From the IMG/VR virus record IMGVR_UViG_3300020401_000002, positions 4,778 through 68,777 of that record: a stretch of DNA of 64,000 nt. One strand, given 5' to 3'. The notes beneath the pieces were generated by a model. That model searched no databases. It saw only the letters and a list, made by a program, of their open reading frames with translations, and was not told the origin of the DNA. This document shows positions 1 to 9,400 of this stretch, piece by piece; the stretch's first letter is position 1, and every line of letters begins with the position of its first letter. The position numbers were made by a program, and so were the translations under genes. The stretch comes from a virus.

Positions 1-74
1 TAGCGGTGATTCAGTCAAAATTAGAGCACTAAAAGAAATGACATCTATAAGAGATTATAAGCTAATTAAGAAAG

Positions 75-569
75 CTATGACTCTGTACTTGCGTGATAAG
101 TAGCATTCATCTTTTTAATTAGTTTTTTGTATGCTTTATCTATTTGTGTAGTTTCTTTAAATATTTCATTTCTGTATGGGTTCTCAGATATCTCTTCTTC
201 ACCATTTAATTTTTTGTAGGTGTGATTACAAATAAGCTTTGCTCTTTGAGATAGTTCTAACAAATCTCTGTTTCCTGGTCCAGAAGATCCTTTCCTCCAC
301 ATCTTAAATAAACCTTTGTCTAAAAACATTTTAGTTGTATTGTTACCCCAACTACATATCCTCGCATATTCATTTACATCCTTTCTATCGAATATACCCA
401 TATCGTATAAATACAATAGTATTTCTAATTCTTTTATATTGATGTCATATTTTTTCTGTATGTAGTATCTTACTATCCTCCAGTTTTTTAAGTAGTTGTT
501 TTCTTTCTCTCTGTGTGTGTATGTTTTTGATTTTGCTGGAACTCTACGGACATAATATGCTTTCCTCAT
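75..569 (-). CDS. Hypothetical protein, possible winged-helix DNA-binding protein
   Basis: ORF track gives 75..644; the start is more likely ATG at 569 (MRKAYY), 15 nt downstream of a TATATTTG box at 585-592 on the - strand. Basic protein with ELEILLYLYD helix. Confidence 0.6.
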   Translation of the reverse strand: MRKAYYVRRVPAKSKTYTHREKENNYLKNWRIVRYYIQKKYDINIKELEILLYLYDMGIFDRKDVNEYARICSWGNNTTKMFLDKGLFKMWRKGSSGPGNRDLLELSQRAKLICNHTYKKLNGEEEISENPYRNEIFKETTQIDKAYKKLIKKMNATYHASTES

Positions 570-584
570 ACGTTGTGTTTTGCA

Positions 585-616
585 CAAATATACAACACAA
601 ATAATTAGTATCTTTG
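585..616. promoter_or_regulatory. Divergent pair of Bacteroidota-type -7 promoter boxes (TAnnTTTG)
   Basis: TATATTTG at 585-592 (- strand) and TATCTTTG at 609-616 (+ strand), each 15-16 nt upstream of an ATG. Confidence 0.7.
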
Positions 617-632
617 TTCTAAATATTTTAGA

Positions 633-797
633 ATGGCACATCAAGGACTAGGGGACACTGTATCTAGCTTAACTGAGATTATGGGTATTAAAAAACTCGT
701 AAATACTATTAGCGAAAAAACAGGTAGACCGTGTGGATGTGAAGGGAGAAGGAAAAAGCTAAATGAGCTCTTTCCATATCAACAATATAAAAAGTAA
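633..797 (+). CDS. Small phage protein (GLGDT...CGC...LNELFPY), 54 aa
   Basis: Hand-translated MAHQGLGDTVSSLTEIMGIKKLVNTISEKTGRPCGCEGRRKKLNELFPYQQYKK; directly behind a promoter box; below the ORF-track cutoff. Confidence 0.7.
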   Translation: MAHQGLGDTVSSLTEIMGIKKLVNTISEKTGRPCGCEGRRKKLNELFPYQQYKK

Positions 798-801
798 TAT
801 T

Positions 802-879
802 ATGGGACACTATGGTAAAAAAATGACTAAAACGTCTTACTCAAAAAAGAAAAAGAAAAAAACAAAAACTAAGAAGTAA
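802..879 (+). CDS. Tiny lysine-rich peptide, 25 aa
   Basis: MGHYGKKMTKTSYSKKKKKKTKTKK; stop overlaps the next start (TAATG). Confidence 0.45.
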   Translation: MGHYGKKMTKTSYSKKKKKKTKTKK

Positions 880-1016
880 TGGCAACAAGAAAAAAGAAAA
901 TGAAAAACACTTGTTGGAAAGGATACGAACCTATCGGAATGAAAACGAAGAATGGTCGTAAAGTTCCAAACTGTGTTCCTATTAAAGGAAATAAAAGAAG
1001 AGGATCAAGATCATGA
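879..1016 (+). CDS. Small basic protein with CWKGY...VPNCVP motif, 45 aa
   Basis: MATRKKKMKNTCWKGYEPIGMKTKNGRKVPNCVPIKGNKRRGSRS; TAATG and ATGA coupling on both sides. Confidence 0.65.
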   Translation: MATRKKKMKNTCWKGYEPIGMKTKNGRKVPNCVPIKGNKRRGSRS

Positions 1017-1123
1017 AAAAATTATCTAAAAAACAAAAGATGATAGCTAATGCAGCAAAGCCTTTCAATAAAATTACTGGTGCTGATTTTAAAGCACTAA
1101 AGAAAAAACGTAAAAGAGGATGA
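1013..1123 (+). CDS. Small basic protein with KITGADFKAL motif, 36 aa
   Basis: MKKLSKKQKMIANAAKPFNKITGADFKALKKKRKRG; ATGA overlaps at both ends. Confidence 0.6.
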   Translation: MKKLSKKQKMIANAAKPFNKITGADFKALKKKRKRG

Positions 1124-1452
1124 AAGAGTTTTGGTTAGTATTGTTAGCAGCCATAGTTTTTGCTATTGTGGTTTTTATAGTTGCAATGGGATTAAACAAG
1201 TTAGGCTGGATTAAATCCAATAAATTAAAAGACGAAGATAAAGATTGGATACCTGATAGTGTAGAAACCACTATTGCGGAACTCAGACAAGATTTAAAAG
1301 AAACAAAGGAGCGTTTACAACAGGAGCTGAGTGATGTTGGTGATGCTATCAAAGAAGTAGGTAACCAAATAAGTGATGTCCCACAAGCTTTCTCTGGCAA
1401 AAAAAGACCAGGAAGAAAAAAGAAAGGCAACAATGGAAATAGTGGATCTTAA
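1120..1452 (+). CDS. Membrane-anchored coiled-coil protein
   Basis: N-terminal hydrophobic helix (FWLVLLAAIVFAIVVFIVAM), then a heptad-like segment and a basic tail. Confidence 0.65.
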   Translation: MKEFWLVLLAAIVFAIVVFIVAMGLNKLGWIKSNKLKDEDKDWIPDSVETTIAELRQDLKETKERLQQELSDVGDAIKEVGNQISDVPQAFSGKKRPGRKKKGNNGNSGS

Positions 1453-1606
1453 AGTTTGGGGTATAAATACCTTTGCATTAACAGTCACTCTCCTAGATGT
1501 GGATATGGCTATAAGTGCAATGGCTGCCCTGACTGCTTTAGGTTATACAATACATAAATGGATTCTATTATATAAATCAAATCAAAAGAAAAAGAATGGA
1601 TCATGA
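1433..1606 (+). CDS. Small membrane protein (holin-like)
   Basis: Probable start MEIVDLKVWG at 1433; hydrophobic segments then a basic C-terminus; near the endolysin. Confidence 0.5.
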   Translation: MEIVDLKVWGINTFALTVTLLDVDMAISAMAALTALGYTIHKWILLYKSNQKKKNGS

Positions 1607-2342
1607 AATAATCTACAACATTGCTCATGACGATAATAATAAAAAGTTAGGTCGTTGGTTACAACCAGCGATGAAAATGTTACCACAGTGGTATAAAGAT
1701 CTAAAGATCGAAGGAAACAAAGGAGAAATGGATGGGCATGTAAACGTAAAAACATGTGTGTCCTTTTTATATTTATGGCAAAACTCATATCTAATGTTGT
1801 GTCCTTGTGACATAGAAATAGACTTAGGTCCTGATGGTTATGAAGTGCATGTAGAAGACGACCAGGCTGTTAGATTTAATTCTCATACATATGAAGAAGA
1901 TCAGCCAAGAAATCAAATGGGATCAGGATTTAATCCAGATTGGATGAATCTAAAATTTGAAACTCCCATTAGTATTATGAGTACAGAACATAGATTGGAT
2001 CTCATATGGCAACAACCATTTTACTGGGATCAACAACAAGAAATAGTAACTGCTCCTGGTGTACTACCAGTGTTACCAAATAGAAGTACTGGCTTAAATA
2101 TAAATACGTTTATAAATAAGTCTAGAAGAAGAACAATAAAAATACCAAAAGGATTTCCTGTAGCAAGTGTCTACAGTGCCTCTGGTAAAATTAAATGGAT
2201 ACAGGAACCAGATAGGAATTATTTTTTAGCAACAGCTAACACCAGGAATCAAAGATTCGAAGCAAAGGTGTATTATAAAGCAACTAAAACTTGTCCCTAT
2301 CACGAACCTAACACAAATGATATCAAAGAACATAAGTTATAA
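1596..2342 (+). CDS. Hypothetical phage protein (LPQWYK...VKTC motif)
   Basis: 248 aa ORF overlapping both neighbours; function not assignable. Confidence 0.6.
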   Translation: MDHEIIYNIAHDDNNKKLGRWLQPAMKMLPQWYKDLKIEGNKGEMDGHVNVKTCVSFLYLWQNSYLMLCPCDIEIDLGPDGYEVHVEDDQAVRFNSHTYEEDQPRNQMGSGFNPDWMNLKFETPISIMSTEHRLDLIWQQPFYWDQQQEIVTAPGVLPVLPNRSTGLNINTFINKSRRRTIKIPKGFPVASVYSASGKIKWIQEPDRNYFLATANTRNQRFEAKVYYKATKTCPYHEPNTNDIKEHKL

Positions 2343-2772
2343 AGAAGCAACTCAATCTAATACAGCACTTAGATTAGGTATCAATAATGAGCCTGATGGA
2401 TATCAACTTGGCAATATGTCGAATATAGCCAATAACTTATTTCAACCTTTAAGAGAATGGGTTGGAGGACCAATTAAAATAAATAGTTTCTTCAGATGTG
2501 AAGAATTAAATGAAGCTATCGGTGGAAGCCCTCGATCACAGCATTGTCAGGGCAGAGCAATGGACCTGGATGATATTCATGGACATAAAACAAATGCCGA
2601 GATGTTTAATTATATAAAATCTGAATTAAATTTTGATCAATTGATATGGGAGTTCGGAGATGACGAAAACCCTGCGTGGATTCATGTCAGTTATGTAAGT
2701 GACATGGAAAATCGAAATAGATGTTTGAAAGCATATAAATCTAATGGAAAAACTAAATATGAACTGATATGA
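2317..2772 (+). CDS. Endolysin, peptidase M15 family (Zn D-Ala-D-Ala peptidase fold)
   Basis: Motifs SFFRC..N..IGG, SQHCQGRAMD (H-x6-D) and WIHVS, typical of M15 peptidases. Confidence 0.85.
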   Translation: MISKNISYKEATQSNTALRLGINNEPDGYQLGNMSNIANNLFQPLREWVGGPIKINSFFRCEELNEAIGGSPRSQHCQGRAMDLDDIHGHKTNAEMFNYIKSELNFDQLIWEFGDDENPAWIHVSYVSDMENRNRCLKAYKSNGKTKYELI

Positions 2773-3191
2773 CTAAAGAACCGTTAATAAAAAGACCAGA
2801 ACCTACAAATAAAAAACCTAAGATGAGAAACAAAGATTTACGACACTATATCGGAGCTGCAGGTGTATTTATACTCGTTGTTGCTCTAATGTTGTTTTTG
2901 GCATATAATGATATTCCATCAGCAAATAAAGATATTTTTGTATCTATAATCGGAATGATAGTGGGGAGCTTATCTGTGGTCATTTACACCATCATAGGGA
3001 AGAACCCAGATGAGGTGAATGCTTTACAACAGAAAGTAGAATCCTTACAATCACTCGCTGATACTATGGAGAAAAGAAACGATCAACTAGAAGCAATGAT
3101 CATAGAACTACAAAGAGAAATAATTTCTAAGTTGTCTGTGGTAGGAGCACAGTTCGTTTTAAAAGATAAGAAAACTAAGAATGATGCTTAA
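2769..3191 (+). CDS. Two-TM membrane protein with C-terminal coiled coil (lysis accessory candidate)
   Basis: Two hydrophobic helices followed by a heptad repeat; between endolysin and holin. Confidence 0.55.
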   Translation: MTKEPLIKRPEPTNKKPKMRNKDLRHYIGAAGVFILVVALMLFLAYNDIPSANKDIFVSIIGMIVGSLSVVIYTIIGKNPDEVNALQQKVESLQSLADTMEKRNDQLEAMIIELQREIISKLSVVGAQFVLKDKKTKNDA

Positions 3192-3561
3192 ATTTTTATT
3201 AGGTCTACTAGGTAAAGGAGAAGGTGGTAGAAGTAAAATTGGAGGGTTAGCTCTAGATCTTAGGGAAGCTATAAAAGGTAAAGAGTTAGATCCAAACCAG
3301 ATATTAGAATTGCAAACAAAGATAAATGAAGTTGAAGCACAACACCGTTCTATGTTTGTTGCTGGTTGGAGACCTAGTGTTGGCTGGGTTTGTAGTCTTG
3401 CATTTGCTTATCACTTTGTTGCCTTTCCAATCATTCAAACTATTTATCCAGATGTTGATTTTCCTGAACTGGATACAGAACCTTTGTTTACTGTGTTAAT
3501 GGGTATGTTAGGTTTAGGAGGACTCAGAACTTTTGAAAAACTAAAAGGTAAAACTAAATAG
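3181..3561 (+). CDS. Holin (3TM/GTA-holin-like)
   Basis: AGWRPSVGWVC motif and C-terminal MLGLGGLRTFEK, characteristic of this holin family. Confidence 0.75.
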   Translation: MMLKFLLGLLGKGEGGRSKIGGLALDLREAIKGKELDPNQILELQTKINEVEAQHRSMFVAGWRPSVGWVCSLAFAYHFVAFPIIQTIYPDVDFPELDTEPLFTVLMGMLGLGGLRTFEKLKGKTK

Positions 3562-3827
3562 TGATAAAACTAAAATTGCTGAGAGCTTTAGTCAAAGATA
3601 GAAGGCTCTCACCTGTAGAAAGGTTAGCTATTAGACTTGGATATATGGGCTCTGCATTAATTATGCTTAGTCCATATTTACTTAATTACGGTAAGATAGG
3701 TGCGGTAACCTATATTATCGGTGGTGTATTAATGACACCTCAAGTATGGGTTGCAAAGCAATGGAATTTAGTTTTAGTAAATGTTAATTTAGTAATTGGA
3801 TATTTGATTTATTATTATTCATCATAA
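3561..3827 (+). CDS. Small multi-pass membrane protein
   Basis: GTG start overlapping the upstream stop; about three hydrophobic segments. Confidence 0.55.
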   Translation: MIKLKLLRALVKDRRLSPVERLAIRLGYMGSALIMLSPYLLNYGKIGAVTYIIGGVLMTPQVWVAKQWNLVLVNVNLVIGYLIYYYSS

Positions 3828-3961
3828 TGGCAAAAGTAAACTTACCTGTATATTACAAAAGACCAAAGGTTAAAAGACCAGGGATACATGCTAAGACTAA
3901 AAGCTCTAAATGTAAAACTAGTAAAAACTACCGTAAAGGCTATCGTGGGCAGGGACGTTAA
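3827..3961 (+). CDS. Small basic protein ending YRGQGR, 44 aa
   Basis: Hand-translated MAKVNLPVYYKRPKVKRPGIHAKTKSSKCKTSKNYRKGYRGQGR; TAATG coupling. Confidence 0.65.
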   Translation: MAKVNLPVYYKRPKVKRPGIHAKTKSSKCKTSKNYRKGYRGQGR

Positions 3962-3974
3962 AAACTGCTTTATA

Positions 3975-3990
3975 TAAATTTGTACCTTTG
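3975..3990 (+). promoter_or_regulatory. Tandem TAnnTTTG promoter boxes
   Basis: TAAATTTG 3975-3982 and TACCTTTG 3983-3990, 16 nt before ATG 4007. Confidence 0.65.
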
Positions 3991-4006
3991 CACAAACACC
4001 TAGAAT

Positions 4007-6439
4007 ATGCCTAGAATAAGTACGTTTTCTCAAGACTCAACTGTAAGTAAGCAAGATCAGTGGATAGGAACCGACAGTGTAACTGGCGATACTAAAAACT
4101 ATGCGATACAAAGTTTTGTAGATTTAATAAATGACGAGAATCTTGTAAACTTATTCGATGGTGTTTTATATAAATTTACAGAAGTAGATACCTCATCTAC
4201 AGGAAAAGGTATTATAAGTGTAACAGCAACAAACACTTTAACTACAGCATTCAATACAATAACAACTATATACCTTCACATAAAAGATACAGACAATAAG
4301 AATGTAGCTGATTATCTAGATAAAACACTTGATAATTATATAAAGATAAGTGAGCAAGGCAACCTCAACAACTTCGGAATATATGAGGTAACTGCTATAG
4401 AAGATTTTAATACATACTACAAAAAATTAACTCTGAATATTAGAGACACAAATGGTAGTATGTCTCCTAACCAAAGCTATTTTGTTTCTAACTATCAAGC
4501 TATAAACGATCAAGATTTCAGTGATAATTCTGTAACTGAGTTTGGTGATGTTACTAATGCTGGTTCTGGACAGATTATTTCAAACATAGAAAGAACTAAC
4601 TATAACGAAATATATCAAAATGGTTTAAGGCATTCTGATATTGTGGATAATGTACTCTCTACAGATGCAGGTGTTCCACTATCAGCAAATCAAGGAAAAG
4701 TATTGAAAGATGCTATTGATGCTATTAATGTTCTTCTTACAAGTGATGAAACAGACCTAGATACTATCCAGGAGATAGTAGATTATATTGAGACAAACAG
4801 AGACACTTTAGAAAATTTAGGCATAAGTAATATATCAGGACTACAAGTTGCATTAGATTCTAAGGTTGATAAAATAGTAGGAAAAGGATTATCTGCTAAT
4901 GATTTTACCGATCTTCTACTTGCAAAACTTAATGGTATAGCAACTGGAGCAGAGGTTAATGTTCAGGCAGATTGGAATGAAAACGTAACAAGTAATGATG
5001 CCTATATAAATAACAAGCCTACTGATGTAACTGATTTATCTTTACACAATGCTACAGAGTTAGCTGATATAAACAGCTCTGGTTCTGGATACATACTTAC
5101 AGATGATGAAAGAACATCTATTTCTGGTTTAGAATTTAATAGCTTAGATACAGATGAAACAAAAACTAAAGGAAAGTTATCTGTAGTAGATCACATAAAT
5201 TTCCCTACATCATTAAGTGTTGAACCTACAAGTGATGAAGCAATATATAGTGAGACAGGTGCTGGTAGCAACAAACTAACTTTTAAGCAAAACGACTATA
5301 AGTATAAGTTAGATTATTATAGTAATCACTTAAAAACAGGAATACTAGAAGGCGGAAATATAACAGTATTAAACAGCACTCAAGTAAGAGTAGCTAGTGG
5401 TAAGGGTATTGTCGTGAGCTATAATAAAGGAGTAGCTGGTTCAGCACCAACTATACAAGAAGTTAATTGGGATCAAATAGATGTAACTGTAAGTAATTTA
5501 AATGCAGGTGATCCAGATCAATTAAACCAATGGTTTTATGTAGATACTGCAGGTGCTGTACAACAACAACCTGGAGAGTTTACTGATTCACAATATAAAA
5601 CAACTGTTGTTCTAGGATCAGTAATTCATTCGGATGGAACAGTAAGGTTTGCAAAAACATTTCCTACCGCAGCATACGGAACGCATAATGAGTTTAGCGA
5701 ATTTGCTAGAATATTTGGACCACTAAAAAAGAGTGGTCATACAATTACAGCAAACGGTGCTAATCTTTCTTTAGATAGAGCTGCTGGTACTGCCTTTGCT
5801 TTAGGGCGTAACTTTACAACCGATGCAAACAATCCTTCTATAATTACGGATGGAGCTCAATCAATTGTAAACTTTTACAGATATTATCGTGATGGATCAG
5901 GTGGTTTTGTATTAGACGATGGAGCATCTAACGCTGGTTACACTGTATTAGATCCAACTAAATATGACGATGGATCTGGTACACTTGCAACTGTTGCAGC
6001 TAATAAGTTTACCACACAAAGACTTTACTATTTTCCATCAACTACAGGTATAGTGGTTGCTTATTATGGAAGGAATGAATATGATAGCTTAGATGCTGCT
6101 AACACACAAATTAGTGCTGAACCTTTTACTGAGGCAACTAACACAGCACAACAAGCTATATTCCTAGGGTATGTTATAATGGAAAATACTTGCACTGATT
6201 TATCAGCAGCAACAAACTCTAGAATTATACAGGGAGGACTATTTAGATCAGTAGCATTTACCTCAACAGGAGCTGCTGCTGGTACATCTAATATATCAGA
6301 TCTAGGAGATGTACAAGTTACTTCACCTGCAAACGATCAAATATTACAATATAACACTAACACAGGTGCTTGGGAAAATAAAGATTTACAAGACTATAAC
6401 TCATTCTCGATGGCAATGTCAATTGCTTTAGGAGGATAA
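4007..6439 (+). CDS. Head/tail fibre-like structural protein
   Basis: 810 aa; fibre-type motifs LSANQGKVLK, DLDTIQEIVDYI, KVDK..GKGLS.NDFT...KL.GI..GAEVNVQADW, ISDLGDV and C-terminal AMSIALG. Confidence 0.7.
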   Translation: MPRISTFSQDSTVSKQDQWIGTDSVTGDTKNYAIQSFVDLINDENLVNLFDGVLYKFTEVDTSSTGKGIISVTATNTLTTAFNTITTIYLHIKDTDNKNVADYLDKTLDNYIKISEQGNLNNFGIYEVTAIEDFNTYYKKLTLNIRDTNGSMSPNQSYFVSNYQAINDQDFSDNSVTEFGDVTNAGSGQIISNIERTNYNEIYQNGLRHSDIVDNVLSTDAGVPLSANQGKVLKDAIDAINVLLTSDETDLDTIQEIVDYIETNRDTLENLGISNISGLQVALDSKVDKIVGKGLSANDFTDLLLAKLNGIATGAEVNVQADWNENVTSNDAYINNKPTDVTDLSLHNATELADINSSGSGYILTDDERTSISGLEFNSLDTDETKTKGKLSVVDHINFPTSLSVEPTSDEAIYSETGAGSNKLTFKQNDYKYKLDYYSNHLKTGILEGGNITVLNSTQVRVASGKGIVVSYNKGVAGSAPTIQEVNWDQIDVTVSNLNAGDPDQLNQWFYVDTAGAVQQQPGEFTDSQYKTTVVLGSVIHSDGTVRFAKTFPTAAYGTHNEFSEFARIFGPLKKSGHTITANGANLSLDRAAGTAFALGRNFTTDANNPSIITDGAQSIVNFYRYYRDGSGGFVLDDGASNAGYTVLDPTKYDDGSGTLATVAANKFTTQRLYYFPSTTGIVVAYYGRNEYDSLDAANTQISAEPFTEATNTAQQAIFLGYVIMENTCTDLSAATNSRIIQGGLFRSVAFTSTGAAAGTSNISDLGDVQVTSPANDQILQYNTNTGAWENKDLQDYNSFSMAMSIALGG

Positions 6440-6451
6440 ATAAATAAAACG

Positions 6452-9400
6452 ATGGCTAAAAAATTATTACATTCTTCAAAGCTACAGGTTGACAAGGCTA
6501 ATAACCTTTTTGTCATAAATGATGTCATACCTCTAGAAAACATTTTGTTGATTACAGACGTAACAGCAAATAAAGTTATTTATCAATTTAACAGTCCTAC
6601 ACTAGGTGGGACAGTTGTAACAGATGGTCAGTCTTCATCGACAACACTTACGGTGACTCACGACATGGCTAATGATGCAGATATTCAAGAGACAGATTCT
6701 TTTCAATTTTTTTACGATTCAGCAGAAGTTCATATAGAGCCATCAGAAACTTTTGTAGATCCTGTAAGTAAATTTAGAGTATCTAATCCAGAGAACTTAA
6801 TTGATACTGACTTTGAGTATGGTCTACAGTCTACAAAATGGGAAACTATTCAAACTGTAAACAATGTTCCAACATTGTATGCTTCAGGAGGTGAAGTACC
6901 TATTGAAGGTATAACTTCTGTTAGTTCACTAATTGGATCTAGACAAATTAGAGTCCAGGTAACTACACCTCACGGACTAACTGTAGGTGATCCTTTATCT
7001 GTTCAAGGTGTAAGCGATTATCAATCAGAAGGATTTTTTATTGTTTCTGGTACACCATCAGCTTTAGAGTTCTTTTATGAAATAGACGTAGAGTCTAGTA
7101 TATCAGGAGAGATATCAGGATCATACACCACAATAATTCCAGCCAAATTTTTTGAGGGTGCACAACTAAATATTAGCAATGCAGAAGGAGTTACAACAGA
7201 TGAAGCCGATCAGAGTGTGTTGACAGCAACAACTCGTGCTGCTCACGGATTTACGTCAGGAACTAAATTATATATAAGAAACTCGATAGGTCCAAAAGAA
7301 TTAAAAATTACTGATCCAACAGCAACCGCTTCAGATGGTAGACCTTTTGTAGATACAGTTGCTTCGTTTCAAATAGATAATCAAGTACAAGATACAAACA
7401 CTACCAGGGGTAATGCAACATATAATAACACAGTTGCTTGGGACTGGGAGATGACACACACTAAATATTTGTCATACACAGATATAGGTTCTTCTAATCA
7501 AATTACCTGGGCAGGTCATGGTTTGACAGACAGAGCTTGTGTTCTTTTTAATACTCCTGTTGCTTATGGAGGTATCAACAGAGATTACAACTCTAACAAA
7601 AGTCAATATTCATATAACTATTCATTCAGTTATTTTTCAAATGCTGAACCAGACGAAACACAAAATTATAGTGGAACCCAAGTGGACACATTCAAAAACT
7701 TAGATAATTTTGGATTGTATGATGGTGAAGTATATTATGTAAAAGTAATAGATGATAATACGTTAGAATTATATGAGTTCGGTGATGAATCACTAAGTAC
7801 TGTAATTCCTTTAACACAGCCATCATCAGAGTTTACATTAGGCTTACCTAGGCTAGGGTTAATATATGAAGTTGCTCGTGCAGGTTATAATAGTAATTAT
7901 GGAAACTCAAATGATAACTGGAGATGGACAAGATGGAATTATGAAGATGCAGGATTATTAACTAACTCATTTAATTCTGGTTATACTTATAGTTATGACA
8001 GATATAGTTACTGGGCTATGAGCACATATTCTCCTGGATGGGTTGACTACAACGATGAAGTAACAGTTACAAATATTAGATTAGCAACTTCTGGTCTTTA
8101 CTATTACTACTATTACACTAGAGTAGGAACGCCTGATAATGGACAATATACAGGTAATATAGGTCTATACGCATGGTGGTACTATGGAGGTAGAGAGTAT
8201 TATGCTTGGTTGAACTCTGTAAATAATCAGCCATCACATTTTTATAATGGTGCAGGGATTAGAACAAGACAATATAAAAACCACTATGGATGGATGTATC
8301 ACAAAGGTGATATACAAAGAATGACAAGCGGACAGGCAACACAAGATTGGTCTGGTAAAGATTTAGTAGCTAATGAATATGGTGCAGGAATTAGTGAACC
8401 TAATATGATTGTTGCATTCCAAGGAGCTACCAGAGGATATAGAAATGGATATTACATGTCTGTTGGTGCAAATGATTACTATTCAGATTCTTTGAGTGCT
8501 GAAGGTGCTTATAAAAACAGAATTGGTGTTACAAGACAGATGAACGAAGATGTAACATTAGATTCAGCTAGTAACGATGGTATATTTGTAATAGCTAATA
8601 ACTTTGGATTTAGTTATGGGTATGAAAGATATGGTTTAAATCAACAGCCAGTTTTGTTCTATGGTTTTGCAAATAAATTAGAACAAACAAGAAATACTAT
8701 ATATATAGCAGGACATGAGATACCAGATCAACAAACTGTAACAGTAAAAATACCAGATGCAGAGTATAATGAAAATCTTACTCTCCCTAATAACAATATT
8801 ACAGGTCAAACATTTATATATGCAGATCAATATCAGATAACTGAGCAGACACAAAATTTTCAAGCGACTGTTATAAAAATAAGTGATAATGTAATCAAAC
8901 TACAAACAGATGACTTTCCTAATAATGATGACTTTATAGAGTTCCCTGATAATTATACAATATCTTATAATTTAGAAAATCCTTTTTATAACACTTTATT
9001 TATTCAAGATCATAAAATTATAGGTATTGAAGAAGGAACTTATACAGCAGAAGGTAACACAGAACCAAATCCTGGAATATGGAATGTTTCATTTGAACCA
9101 GGTAATTATATATTTTCAGGTTTAAGAATTAGCGGTACAGCTACAGATCCAGATATAGTAGTATATAGAGGATCAACCTACAACTTTGTTGTAAACGCTA
9201 CAGGACATCCATTCTATTTAACAACTACTGATGCAAGTGGATACGTTTCAGGAACTTATGCTGGTGAATATCTGTTAGGAGTTACAAACTCAAGAACTAC
9301 ATCAGGCACACTATCTTGGACTGTAGATGCAAGTGCTCCTAATACTATGTATTATTTCTGTGGAAATCATGGCAATATGAATGGCACTATAGAGGTCAGA

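Noticed and set aside
2-103. Possible 3' end of a + strand gene at the window edge
   Set aside because: Only about 33 open codons are visible and they overlap the end of the - strand gene; not enough to call.
7560-8660. Diversity-generating retroelement target suggested by Asn/Tyr-rich sequence
   Set aside because: No reverse transcriptase in the window and no template/variable repeat pair differing at adenines was seen.
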